DNA of 64,000 nt, taken from NCBI GenBank assembly GCA_040954595.2, contig CM082585.2, forward strand, positions 5,667,808 to 5,731,807. The letters are read 5' to 3'. Both the position numbers and the translations under genes were made by a program. Below, piece by piece: positions 37,346 through 51,559 of the stretch (positions within the stretch are counted from its first letter, which is position 1; every line of letters starts with the position of its first letter). The notes under the pieces were generated by a model, which worked only from the letters and a program-made list of their open reading frames with translations, did no database searches and was not told the DNA's origin. Source of the stretch: Balanoglossus misakiensis. Lineage: Eukaryota > Animalia > Hemichordata.

Positions 37346-39380
37346 TTTTACGGTGGCGTGGGGAGTACTTTGTTGCCTCTTTCCCGGCTGAGATGTCGCG
37401 GTGCCGTGAAGGCAGTTGAGAAGTGACAATACCAGCGGAGGAAACAACAACGGCGATTCGCGGCTTCGCTCTGCCGGTTCTTAATCAGATGTACGATCAA
37501 CGTTGGGGGTGTTTTGCGCCGTTTGCACGAGCCAGTTTATGTTAAGTGTTTGTTTTCTGCGCAAGACCGGAAACTGCTAATTTCACTCTCTAGAGGCGAG
37601 TCATGCCAGTAGCGCATCCTCACGAGCAGTGATCATCTTCTGCGGACAATTTCCTATAAAATAAGACGTTCATCCGTATTTTTCTTAGGAAACAACAATT
37701 TTCAAAAAGTTATACACTGGACAGGACACCACATAATAATAATCAAAACTGAATGTAAGTACATGTAGTCTACCCTGCATTGAAATGGCGACAGATTCTC
37801 AGTGTGTTTGGTTGCAGTTTAAATAATCACAATGGAGAATAATTTAATTGTTCTTGGTACAGAATTTTCGAATCATGACAGCATATTTCACTGAAAGAAT
37901 AGACTGCGATTTGCAATTAGCGCTTTTGTATTTTGGCCAACTATGTGAATTTATTTATTTAACGAAAGAAACTTTTGTAAAACTGTATCAGCAAACTCCT
38001 TATATTGAAAAATGACTGGATTATTTGCATGTTGTAGTATCAAGAACGGGTACAATAGATTTAAGAAATGCTAATTATTTCCGGAGCATCGAACCACAAT
38101 TCAAACAACGTGCACAAATATACATTCTAAAATGTGCATTCATTGGCCTTTTCGTTAATGTACTGACCAGAACAATCAGCCTCCGTGTTTACCAAATATG
38201 CAAATTAACGCCCACTTGTGCTTTGATCACCAAGTAGTCACGTTGAATGACACACGTGGTTGTTGAAACTAACACACGGAGTTACAAGACGTCACGACTG
38301 TCATAAACAAATTTAACCATCAAACCGCTGCAAGGCAACATAATAATTTCTTTGTTCTAATGTATAGACACAATACGGGCGACATTGACGTTGCACTAAT
38401 AAAGGGAACACGCCAACCGTTTCCGTGGCAACAGCGTGACGGGCCACAGCTATCGCCAATCATGATCTCTTTATTTGCATTCTTCTCGCTTGGGATTGAC
38501 GCCGGACCGCCGGCTACGTAACTGTCCACTAATTAATGGCAATCGTTGGGTCTATTGAGATGTGGCATTTTCCAGACAACAGACGAGTGTGGCCTTGCGT
38601 TGACAAACGTGATTTTGTATTCACGTTTTCTCACCACAGCGGTTTCATCATTTTCCATGCACTGTTAAAGTCTCTCTCTCTGCCCCCTTTCCATTATTTA
38701 TGTTTGATACAAGACACTGTTACGCATTATTACTTGACGTGATAAGAAATCAATGCGCATGCAGGTGATATGTTTTGCATTTATAAAATTTTATTGACAC
38801 AGCAAAAGATTCTGGCAACGAATCTACAATAAAAGTGCCGATTTTTAAAAATGTAAATGAGATCGATACATTCAAAACAGATATCTCCTTTCTTAGCGTT
38901 TTCTGGTTTGGTCTTTGTATTGGTATATGCAGTTAAGCACTAACTATCCGACACGCCCAGCCATGATTTCCCTTTAAACGAAGTGTTTTATAAATTCTAC
39001 ACAAAAACAGCTGCAAATGTATTAAATACAAATCTTTCATGTCAGTAAAATTTGACATATCATTAATGAATAACCCTGTTTTCATAAAGAATGCTATTTG
39101 CATATTTGACTTTGGCCTCTGGTGGAGACAGACATGTGGCTTGCATGCTTTGATATGTTTACGAAAGATCCACATAAGGTTGTTCAGCGGCTAATCTTGA
39201 ATTGTAAAATTGGCAAATGCGTGCAAATGTGAATGAGAAATATAACCTGTCACCCGAACTTCAAACTTAAAAAAAATGATTGAAGCTACAAACTGTGTAA
39301 ATCTTGAGTAATTTGGGTATATGAGGTGTACTGATATGCATTGATATGCTGATATATGTTTTGCGTAGAAAACATACGTC

Positions 39381-39470
39381 ATGCATGCATGCATACATAC
39401 ATGCATGCATACATACATACATACATACATACATACATACATACATACATACATACATACATACATACAT
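39381..39470. repeat. (CATA)n microsatellite in the receptor gene 3'UTR
   Basis: Tetranucleotide run ~45 nt after the stop codon at 39516. Confidence 0.95.
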
Positions 39471-39515
39471 GAGCGCCTGAATCTATTTCTCCGGTCTATG
39501 TAAAATACATTGATA

Positions 39516-42500
39516 CTAAATTATGATATCTGTTGTATCATCTTCACCAATGTATGAGCTGGTCATGTCATTTAGGAGTTCTCGACCGAACTGATATTCG
39601 CTGTGTTCAGGTTTAGGTTGAAGGACATTCTCCGGTGTGGGAGTACGCAATCGGAAATTATGCGTCCAGTGCGAGTGTTCATCGACATCCCTCATATGGC
39701 CGAGATTTGGATCGTCTTCCGTGTAGGGATTGGACAGCACGTCGTCCAGGTAACCGTCGTCGTAATCCACGGGCGGGTAATTGTTTGTAAACAGGGCCCG
39801 CTGCTCCCGCTCTGCTATGACCTGCTGCAGCATTACTTCGAGGGAGGAAGTTCTGGTTGCCCCGGGGATTCCTCTCTCGTTCTCCGGCTCTCCGGACTCC
39901 GGGTCACCGTTGAGGTGTCCCGCAGGGCGCACTCCGCTGTCGTGCAGCGCTCTGTTCTTCATAGGGTGGACTTCAGTCGGGTACCTGCGTGGAGCGTCGT
40001 CGGTGCCCGCGGCGGGAAATCCTTCTTGCAGTCCGCCTGGCAAAAATTCAACGTCCAGTTCGTCAAGTTCAACTATGCTTGCGCGATCACAATCGCTGTC
40101 GGCTTCGTCGTTAGCTTCCTGAATAGTAAGATGCTGTGGCTTGAATCGGCATCCGTCCAAAGTTCCCGACGATATGATAGAGGGCGTTTCCCGGAATCGA
40201 ACCTGCCGTGCATGTGGACTTTCATCTGCATCGACTGGTATGGGGTTATCGTAACTATTTAATGTCTCATACATATGACTGTCTCTGCCGTTCGCGTTCG
40301 GCAACTCCAACGACGCGTCATTAGCATATCGCGCGATCTTCATGTCCATGACTTCCCCGAGAATGTGCTCGTTTTCATGCACACCTCCATCGGCAGTCGA
40401 TTTTCTCCACCGTCTGCGAGAGAAACAAATTGATTGTTCAGTTCAAATTATTGTGTCGTTTAACGTGCAGAAACTGTGTGTAAAACTTGAACTTTAAACT
40501 GTATAGAACACCTCGGCTATCTCACCGAGAACAGAAAATTCAATGAAACAGACAGCGAGAACTCATAACTGTTGTAATATATGCATGGGATCTATTATAG
40601 TTGAAATATCCAATTTACCTCTTTCGAGTAGCATAAACCGCTATTAATATTATTAAGATAATTACACCGACGATTCCTAGCGATATGGCTGTCACAAAGT
40701 AACCTGCAGCAAGTATGTTATCTGATGTCGCTTTCCCTGAAAAAGAAACAAAAGTCGTTGAGTACTAACCAACGTATAATAGTTATCGCAAACAAAAGAA
40801 AAGCATGACGTCCCACAATAATTGCTGTATAGGGAACATACAGTCTATGTTACTCCAGTTACTTCATTAGCCACAACGATAGAGGGCGACAAGCAACAAC
40901 AAGACTCCAATTTAAATTGATGAAATACGAAGATTCGAAGGTTCTGTCAATCTTTTATTCTCATCGATAATTTTTAAGTTTAATACATGAGCGACAGTTT
41001 CTATTTGTTAAAATGTGTGATGTTAAACTTGCAATATCACCATACTTGTGCAGCTGTCCTCAGATATCTGCCCTTCGTACCACGTGGTCAGCTCGTTCGA
41101 GCAAGCACTGCACCATTCGGACGACCTGTTGGGTTTGAAGTACCCTTCCGGACAGGATGAACAAGGCTGGACTCCATAGAAAGACTGGGTACCCGGGCCA
41201 CATAATTCTGTACGTGTGATAAAATAGAGACGTGTGCTTTGATTTTCAAACTAGACGTTCAAGGGTTTTATAGATTTAACTTGTTGCCAATACCCTATGA
41301 TAGATTCTAGTACGATTGGAACCCTTAACACGGGTACATTCGCCCATTGGCGCTTATTTTTGTCGGTAGGCTTCATGGAACATCGCACACCGCGGCTGGC
41401 GGCTAGGCTAGTTTAAGCTCAGTAAAGGTGAACACTGGTATCATGCCCATCGTTGGTACATCTTAACACTGACGGATACTCACCCAGACACGACGTTTCG
41501 TTGTCACTCCCGGCGCCGAGGGTTATGTGCCCGCTGGGACACGATTCGCAAGCCGGCTGCGAGGGTTGGGACTGGTACGTGTTTTCGTCGCACAGTGTAC
41601 ACATATCTGCCAGGAGATCCGTCCGCGTTCCCTTCGGACAGGAAACTAAACGAATTGGTAGATGGGGAAAAGCATAGACTAGTTAGTCGTCTTAGCAAAT
41701 TTAAGTTTGAACACGCCAATTCACTGTTTTGCACAAGCCTGGCAATACTTTGCATATAATATATTCCACGATTTCGATTGTTCAAAGTTGTTTTTAAAAA
41801 GGATATCTAACTAATAATAAGAAGTGGAACACAGCTGATGTTCTAAAATGTTAAATTTCACTGAACTTACTATGGAAACGATTCAGTTGTGTACAACCTT
41901 ACTGAATACTAAACTCTATATCTCACGAAATACTGCCTTTTTTCTATAGAATAGACATTCAAATATTCGTTGAAAAGCTTACCACAGCTTCCATCACCAA
42001 GGGAGATCTCCCCCGAAGAACAAGCCAGCCCAACTTCACTTATGATCACGTTTTGTTCATCCAGGACGTAGCTGTACCCATCAACCCCAAAATCCACACT
42101 AGGTTGATTAAGCACGTCGTCGAGTGAGGTTTGTAAGTCTTGCTCGAGGGACCCCAATTCTGTTTGTAGTGTGGTGGTGTTCAGACTGGCTGTGTCATTC
42201 CTAATATTCGAGAAAGACGCGATGTAAATCTCAAGATGTACGACATACGTGCTGAATCTATCTCTCTTTTCTAAACTAGTAAAAGACAACATATGTTGTT
42301 TGTTTTTCACACACTTTGTATGCATTTATCCCCAAATTGAGACTTGTGTATGAATAGGTTTATTGGTCAACTCACAGTTCTGCTTCTATCGTGAAATTCA
42401 ACGAAATCACGTTTGTTGCATCACGTCGAGTTCTTCCTCTGATTCCGGGGTTCACTTCTCGTCTCTGCCTTCTACGACCGACAAGCCTCGCGGTACACGC

Positions 42501-45500
42501 GTGACGTCTGCAGGCTGAAAGGGCGTCTAGGAACGCTGCCAAGACTTCTTCCCGAAAGGACGCAAAGTCTTCGGAGCTCCCTGGCTCAGGGCCGAGGAAT
42601 GGCAAGTGGACGATAGAAATGGCGATTTGCGCCGACATTTCTGGCAAAAGAAGAGAATGGACGTGAAGTATTGCCACGTGTCTTCTGAATAACTGAGTGA
42701 AAAAATGGCTGTCGACAAGTGACATTTGTTGAAAATATTGATCTTTCTAAGCAGGACTGAGCTATGGGGTTCGTGAGATTACTCTCACACCAGCTAGTCG
42801 TCAGTCATGACGTAGAACGGCCGTGAAATGTAATTTTAGCTTTGTCCAGCTATCGCGCGCTTCGGAAGTCTCTCTCTCTTGAAACAAAACTGGTCAGTTT
42901 TAGTTCTGTCGTGCTACATGAATTTCACACCCAGCGATAAATGTTCGATCGTGACTTACTCCGACATGACGGTACCACATTGCCCGGAGCCCACTGCCCA
43001 TCACCGGCGTCTTCGTAGCAACTCCATTCCCGTTGTAGGCCCTTCGGCAATGTGTAACCATCGGGGCAGACCACCGAACAGACGTTCCTGGTCCCAATGT
43101 CTTCATTCTCGACTCTGCATTCCAGTTCACCGACTTCAGGTGGTGCAAGGCCTGGACACCTTGGGGCTTGAAAGAGAAAAGGTCGCCATAACAGTTTTAG
43201 ATCTTGATAAGCAAGTCTCTAAGTAAGTTTATCTACCTATGAATATGCGGTAGTACATTTGAATTCAAACAACCTTCTTCTGCAAACATTTTCTGAGTTT
43301 GTGGTTCTTTTGTTGAATATGGCAGACTTGGCAAATCGATTATCTTGTTACCACACGTATTCTTTACTACACACACACACACTCATTATATACGCACCTA
43401 TGACGTCGACCATTGTATCGCACCTGGCGCAGTTTCCCGACGAATCACAGCCTCGGAATGTCACTGCACTCTGCCCCCACCTGTCGACTGTTTTCGGTTC
43501 AGGCATGCTGATGACCTCGCCGTCTACGTCATCAACGAATCGGGGACCAATTGAGGACACGATAGCCACTGGTACCGTTTCCGTTTCGACGGTCACCACC
43601 GAATCACAATGTTCCACATTTGGCGGATGTATATCTGCAATTAGAAGAATTATATTTTTTATCGGATGTCTCCTTGGTAAAAAAATACCCCATTTTATTC
43701 TCTCACTCTTCTAGCGTAAAAACGTAACAAAGGCCATACATGGGCACTATATTCTTACCTGCATTCGTTAATACTGTCGTAGTTTGTATTGGGTGAGTGG
43801 TAATACTTGCTGTTGATGCCAGACTCGTTGTCGGCACTCTTTCTGTTGTCACTGGCGTCGTTTCTGTTGTGGGTTCTGGTTGAGCGGCAGTTGTTCTCAA
43901 CGTAGGTGGCGCCATCGTTGTTGTGGCTGGCGGCGTGGTGACTGTTGTTGTGGCTGGCTGCGCAGTTGTCACTTTTGTCGACGGTGACACCGGAGTGGTC
44001 ATTATCGTTGTTGCCGACTTCAAGGTTGTAATTGCCGTCGTTCGTGCCGCTGTCGTTGTGCTTGCAGTAGTTTGGGGAGATGTAGTAGTTCCAGGTATTT
44101 CGGTAGCGGTCGCACTAACGTATTCTGATGCAAATTCAGTAGACATGGATCCGTTATTTGCTATTGTTGTGTTTCCCGCGTCCATTGTTGCGGTTTCTGT
44201 CTGTGTCGCGCTGGCCGGAACTGTCGTCACATCTGTTTCGGCGTCATCTGTCTGATACAATGGCGTTGTCGCAATATTCCAAATGCCAGTGGCGTTTTTC
44301 GGAGTGCTAAATTTTGACTCCGTCACCGGAGCACTGACTTCGGTTTCATTGGGTGTTCTGGGTGTCCCCGCCGCGGCGGTTAACGTTGCACTGGGCACAG
44401 ACGTCTGACCAGCGCTGGAAACACCACTGGAAGTCCCTGTTGTGGTGACCGCCGAAGACGTTGTCGAGACGCCGCCTTCTGGTTGCGATGTCCACGCCAC
44501 CGTCGTAGTAAGAATCTTCCCCTCCGTCGTCGAGGGAGCTCCGCTTGTTTCTTGGTTACCCTCTGAAGTCGGTGAACTGGAAGTTAGAACTCCCGCAGTG
44601 GGTGGTTCCCGCGTTGTGAAACCCTCTCCCGGCAGACACCTAGCACCTGATAGATTGGCCAAGCAGATGCCTGGGCAATCACTTTGGAAACACGGAGCTG
44701 TAAAATTAAAGAAAGGACACTGGTAAGTTTTATTTTATAATTTATATAATATTCAAGAATTAAAAACATTAGGGCAATTCTACTTTTTTACATACCAAGC
44801 TCATATCTACGGGTGACAAATTACATATGGCCTGTTATTGGACCAAAGCTCCACCTTTCACACAAAAATGTGCTAAAGGTCATGGAGGGCAACGTTCACC
44901 TACCCCTATTGGCCAACCTAAAACGTACACGGTTGCACCATCTAATGAAATAAAATGACGATCACTGAGTTAAGAATTGTGTATACATGCTTGCAAAGGT
45001 GAACTCCAGACTTGCCTGCAATGTCCGCGGGTTGCCTTCTGTCATTAAACATGATTAGTTGTGTCGGCGTTCCGTACACAGCCACTGATCGAATCGCAGT
45101 TGAACCGCTATCGGGGTCCAAGGCTTTTGCCTTAATCACTTGGAGAGTGTCGGGCGTGTCTCTTTGGTCGCCCCAGTACAAGTAACCCTACCGAAATATA
45201 ACAGCAATGCGTTTTTGAATGAGATCACCTCGGTGGGAAAATGTACTGGTGTGTGTACTGACTACTATCTATTAGTATTTACTAGATATGCTTGTACGAA
45301 GTTGCCGCCCTAATAATGTCTACCAACGCCTGTTTCTGTCTTCTTGTTTCCAAATCTCTCGGAAGAAGAGAACTGGTCGTTCCATTCGACAGGGCTCAAT
45401 AAAATAGTTACTCTATGAATCAACTAGAATGAAACATTAAACCCGTTTGAAATCTAGATCATATCACAAATTACAATTTAGTCTTACCCCATAAACCGTT

Positions 45501-48500
45501 ACTGAAGTCAATGTTCCTTGTGTACTGAAGACGTCAACGTCATTTCCAGTGCCATTGAATTGAACTGACCTTATTGCGTTTTTGGCGCTGTCAATCCAAT
45601 AAATCCTAGGGGGAAAATATGGGAATGTACAAAACTTGTTCAAGGGTACCCTACCCTACAATGTAGTTTGTTCGATCAGTGTCATCTTCAATTACAATGA
45701 CATCGTATGCAAGAAATGAGAAAAATCGAATGCAAAAGTAGATATAGACTTTCAATAGTTATTTTTCAACAATTACCTGCTGGCCCTGTGATCCAGTGTG
45801 ATCGAAGTTGGCTTCATGCCATCAAGCGTATATACGACAGTTTGTCCCGTACCGTCTAAATATGCCTTGTGTATCGTGCCCTGGTCTGTACTTCGTTTGT
45901 TCGAGGCTCCACCGTTCCAAGTGCAATAGAAAAGAAGCCTGAAATATAATTACAGTATGATAAGTACTTAAAAAGAGGAAAAAGTGCCGATGTACATTGT
46001 AGCAGTTACATTTGTGTCGTATGGGACCCATACCCGCGCAGCCGCAGACGGGACGACGCCTACCCTTTAACGACAACACTCACCTTTCTGATGGCAGCAC
46101 AGCGATATCAGTCGGGCTACTGGCGAGAGAAAGCAATACTTCGTGACGAGCGCCATCATGCGTCGACACCGTAATTGTATTCGAGACATCGTCCGTCCAG
46201 TAGATATTGGACGATATCCAGTCCACTGCCATTCCACTCAAACTGCCAACTTCAGAAACCATGATCGGCTGCCGGCTGTCTCCATCCAGCGGAAGCCCGT
46301 GCACGCCGACGTGGTCCGCGTAGTAAAGCATTCGATGTTCCAAGCTGAAGTCGACTGCCTTGACTTTTCTCTTCTCCAGAACCACGGTGACGTCATACTG
46401 ATCTGGCTGAAGGTCCATGAAATTGCCGGGTAGACCGACTATGTGACTCTCGTTGTGAAAGATCATTGTGGGTTGGCCGATCAGAAGGCCATCTATGAAT
46501 AGAACAGTCACATATTTCAATCTCCTGCCCTGAGCAAAACAATTTCAGACTTTGACTTCTATCTTAAATTACACACTAACCTTAGCCAAGAAAAAAGTGA
46601 ATATTAACATGTAAACTAAATCGATAAACGAAATAAGTTAATTCTTAGTTGTAGGTAGGTGGTTATGTATAGGAAGGATGGTGAGTAGTGTACCAGTAGG
46701 TTAATTGCACCAAGCTACTTTCTAAATTTTAATGAGGATGTATTTTGCGCGAATTCCGATTGAGACTGGCCAGTGCCCTGATGCGGGCCGATAGGTGATG
46801 CTACAGGCATCTTTGCATCAGTTTTACTTATTGCTGTAAAATGTGAACGTTGAGAAGCTAATTCTAGGTTGTTTAGTCAATATAATCCAATGTTACTTAC
46901 CAGGTTCGCATTTAGTAGAGTCGTTGGTGACGACACGGTAACCACGGCTACAAACACACTGGTAGCCGCTTGTTGTGTTTGGATTGACCACGCACAGGTG
47001 GTCACACTCCAGTTCACACGGTCCTGAAGAAAGACAAAAAAACAGCAATGGCTATTGTCATTGAAGGCTCAGTTGTATATCATTCACCGTAAAGGAAAAC
47101 GAAAACCCATCGATTTCTTGACTTGTGACCCCTGAGTGAAGGAGATGAATGCACACTGTCCATTATGATTGCATTACCCTGCGCATTGAATACGCCAAAC
47201 GATACCCGGAACTCTAAAATGGTACTTTACGCAAGTCGTGCTTGGAACGTATAAGAAACGCCGTCCTTTCTTCCAAAAAGACTGTCGGTGCTTCAGTGTA
47301 TAGCCCATGCTTAAGTTCCCTACTCTTGTTACAAAATTCGAGCTAACACTGCATTATTCTGGCATATACACATTACATTGTGCATTACCTTGTACATGTT
47401 CCGCGTACGTGATCTGAATACCCAATGGTAACCCGTCTGTACTGACTGTCGTCACATCCGAGGAGTTGGTTGCCTTTACCAATATTTTCCCGCCATTAAC
47501 CATGTTATGCCTTTTCATCACGAAATATTCACCCTGAAGAAAAAAAAAATAAAAAATGACCTTTCAAAACACTCAGGCGATTTTTGTTTCTTTATTACTC
47601 ATTATACCCACTCTCATGTTGGGTCCGACAGGGAAATAAAGATTTCGGTAACCTTACCCAATGCACAGAATCATGTTTCAGGTCTACTTACGTCATAGGT
47701 ATTAAAATCCAGTGGAGTGGAGGTGTCGTCTGTCGGCAGATCCCACACAGGTAGAGGGCGCGGGTCGTCCATACTCAAAGAAACGTAAAAGAGCGAATCT
47801 TCTGTCGTTCCTGGTCCCTTGTCGAGAAAATACAATCTGCAATGCAAAGTTATGTTTTATAATTCATGCGTCGGTTTTGCATAGACTGTCGAGAGTCGCC
47901 TGTACAGTTTTTGGCCCTTTTGTCGCTAATGTGATTTTGCAACTTTGGTTCGCTTATAGCAGTGGCCTCTCAGGACTGTGTTCATACTCTATCCCCCCCC
48001 CCAAGTACATGCGTATTTTGACAACAAGCTCGGGTGTTTACCTGTTTTCATCGGTGTAATCGACTTTTAGTCCAGTCGGGCACGTCAGGTTTGAGCCGAG
48101 GTAAGTTATTCTGTCGTCCCCTGATAGTGAGGCTCTTTCGATACGTGGATGATCCTCGTCACAGTCGCTCCAATAGATATGCCTGCACAAATTTGACAAA
48201 ACATAAGATCACAGTAAAAGTACAGTGGATTACACGAATGTTCATCTCTGTGGATATGTGTAGGTGACTTGCGTGTGTTGTGGCCAAAGAGGGGGTCACT
48301 CTGCCAAATGCAGAGATCTCGCAATGAGCGGAAATATGGCAGAAGACAGCATCACTTACCCATTGATGGGATCCACTGCTAACGCTCGGGGCTTATCCAA
48401 ACCATTGGCAACTTCTCTAGTGAACTGCCCTTCATAATCTGACATGACGATTGACTTGTACCTGTAGTCAACCCAGTAGACATTTTGTGACGCTCTATCA

Positions 48501-50094
48501 ATAGCCATGCCGTACACTGCGTCAGATGTTCCCCTGTATATAGTCGTCTCGGCGGGAACAGTTGTGTAGTCTATCCGATTGATTCTGTTCCTTGACGCAT
48601 CCGCGTAAAATATCAACCCCTCGGCGTGGTCACTGACAAACGAGTACACTTTCCCGCCGATGGGGCTTGACAAGTCGTGCGGAGACGGCGTTTGCGATCC
48701 GTCGAGCGGGAGAGGCAGACCGCGGAACTGGAAGCGCCTGGTTCCGTCGTCGTAAGATTGTTCGACCCACACAACGGACGGACTTTGGACGGTTAGGAAG
48801 CCTGGGCGGGAAAGTTCGAAAATACAAAAACTGATCAGTTGCATGCTCCCTTTTCAAAATAGTTGAAATGATTACTGTGATTTATTCATATCGCTTGAGG
48901 TAAACATGTTTGTATATAAGCAGGAAAATAGAATATTAAGGCTTATGAGATATTGGCGGTGCCAGATGTTAAATGTTCAATATGCGAATGAATAGACCAT
49001 TTTCCGCACTCCGCGAGACCCTGCGAGATATCGCGTGACTAGGCAGTTTATATGGGTGGACATTTTCGCACGTGACCAAACAGTAAATCCACGTGATAAG
49101 TGTAACAACTTTGTTTAACGCCAGTAATCTGTGAATCACTATGGGACAATTTTAAATACTACAAGAAGAACATGAGAAATATTTCGATGTCAACATTTTT
49201 TCACAAAATTGCAATTCATGCGCATTTAATCCATGGATAAGCTCAGGGTATATTTTTTATCATTCCGTGTATCTGTCTGAATTGGTTGTTTGAATTAACG
49301 TGGGCATCCGCGACGACCTTCAGAAATTATAAAAGGTTACATGGACAGCAAAGCGGAATATGTCTATTGGGAAATGTAGTGCACTTAGTAAGTATGCTTT
49401 TAACGCATTGATATTTAGGCAAAAATGACTTTTCATAGAAATCCCATTGTTATTAGTAAACGGACTTCTTACAATTCACACTGAATGATGCGCGTCTCTG
49501 TTTTCAAGGTAAGAAAATACAGGTATGGATTGCCATGAATAGGGACTGCCAGATTATACTTTTCTAATTATAGGTCGGCGAGAGCATTCACCCATTAAAG
49601 TAATAACAACATCATGAATGCAATAGCTGTCGTGTATCTCATAAAATCGCTTTTACTGGTTGTATCGTGTTATTTCAAGGCCATGACGCGCGCACACCTG
49701 AAGCAGTCTACTGTGTCGTGACAGACGCTGTCGTTACTGCCCTGCCAGTACACAAAGTCCATGTAACATTAATGAGTAATTAAAATAACTTATAAAGGCT
49801 ATCATCACCGTCTTTTCAGAGTATATATTGTCAACTCTGTCTGTCGCGCAGCACCTAGGCGTTAAGTACATGCAGTAGGATATATCAATAAATTAAACTG
49901 AAATATGTAAATTTTGATACACGCGCCTGCATATTGTGGCGAGCGACGGGTATACGTACCTTTCCAGTCGCAAGCTGCAGACGTCTCGTCGCTCCCATCA
50001 CTGCAGTCGGCAATGTCGTCGCACACTTTGCTACTGCAGAGTGTCGTCTGCCCTTCCAAACATTGTACTGCGGGGTAGCCATCGGAACATTGAC
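39516..50094 (-). CDS. LRP-like mosaic type I membrane receptor: LDLa, 2 x (YWTD propeller + EGF), mucin, HYR-like, Sushi, SEA-like linker, 2 x Ephrin_rec_like, TM, acidic Tyr-containing tail; at least 19 exons, over 1730 aa, 5' end unresolved
   Basis: Exons 50094-49960, 48801-48360, 48182-48042, 47836-47692, 47533-47389, 47023-46901, 46492-46084, 45938-45777, 45605-45488, 45187-45016 (GC donor), 44697-43759, 43634-43398, 43166-42960, 42640-42376, 42200-41983, 41645-41484, 41207-41046, 40736-40619, 40413-39516; all phases consistent. Motifs: CDDIADCSDGSDE, YWVD/YWSD/YWTD/YWID/YWGD, CDHLCV..YQCVC, CDENTYQ..CESCPSG, TM AGYFVTAISLGIVGVIILIILIAVYA. No signal-peptide exon identified. Confidence 0.88.
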
Positions 50095-51240
50095 CTGTTG
50101 AGAAACGAATACGGAGTGAATTCTGCGTAAATAAAGTGAACACCGTGCCTCTTGTTGCGGTATTTAGATGAAAAAGGTTGCTTAAATAGTCTGACTCGGA
50201 CAGGGAAAACTTACAATGCAAAAAGCACGTTTATTGCTAAAGACAAGCAATGTTGATAACTCAACCGCTGGAATCCAACTGGCGCGGAAAAACTCAAAAA
50301 GTTGCAAATCAACACAAGGCGAACGTAATAACAAGCACAAATTGCTACATTTGAGAAGGCGAATCTAAACGTGATTGGGCAAAGGAAGGAAGTGCCTGAT
50401 TGGTCGAAAGTGATCTCCATCAGGATCCGCATAAGAGTTTATATTTGTTCTCCGACAACCTTACCTTGCGAGTGGAAATCGGCATTGAACTAGAAGCGAC
50501 GAAAAGTTTGCATACCGATTTCCCGCGCAAAGTGTGTGTATCACATGGCTGCAGACGCGCGATAATTTGTTCAGTTTATAAAGACATGTTTCCATTATAA
50601 GTCTCACGGTCACCTATGCAAATGCAGCCACGGTTATATATAACGTTCATAACATAAAAAATTCATAACGCGTTTTCATCACTAGTGTTGTATGAGGTCA
50701 CGAAATGACAATAGACAATACCCGGGATTATAATCGACTTCCAAAAACACCTGTGATCACGGTGGAATTCTCGTGATTGATAGATACCGTCTAATTGCCT
50801 TTCCCCATTTAACACGTTCAGCCTAAACACTGGGCAGTTGCCAACTTGAGAGACCTGCCAAAGAGAGACAAATTCGACACGATTTTGTAGAATTTTTGGT
50901 CGTTCATTCTCTGGAATGACGTGTCACTACGTTAACCTGCCCGTCCTTTCCAACCTGTGCGATTTGCATTATATCAATTATGTAGTGACATTTTCCCAGT
51001 GCATGCCCCTGTCAAACTACCACCATGTTTTGTGTCATTGATCCTGCGGCAGTATATATATATATATCTTCCAACGAAATGAACGCAAACTACAATCATA
51101 ATTTGTAGGCGACCAGCTGGTCATCTCTCTTGCGGTGACCTGTATACATAAACGAGTTGAAAAATGAGAGAATACCATTCCTAAAAGTGTGCGCACATAC
51201 AGTAATACTAAACATATCCCTATCTAAAAACTCAATTAGC

Positions 51241-51559
51241 TATGTATGTATGTATGTATGTATGTATGTATGTATGTATGTATGTATGTATGTATGTATG
51301 TATGTATGTATGTATGTATGTATGTATGTATGTATGTATGTATGTATGTATGTATGTATGTATGTATGTATGTATGTATGTATGTATGTATGTATGTATG
51401 TATGTATGTATGTATGTATGTATGTATGTATGTATGTATGTATGTATGTATGTATGTATGTATGTATGTATGTATGTATGTATGTATGTATGTATGTATG
51501 TATGTATGTATGTATGTATGTATGTATGTATGTATGTATGTATGTATGTATGTATGTAT
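51241..51559. repeat. Long (TATG)n microsatellite, ~320 bp
   Basis: Perfect tetranucleotide run; it produces the MYVC/YIHT ORFs. Confidence 0.99.
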
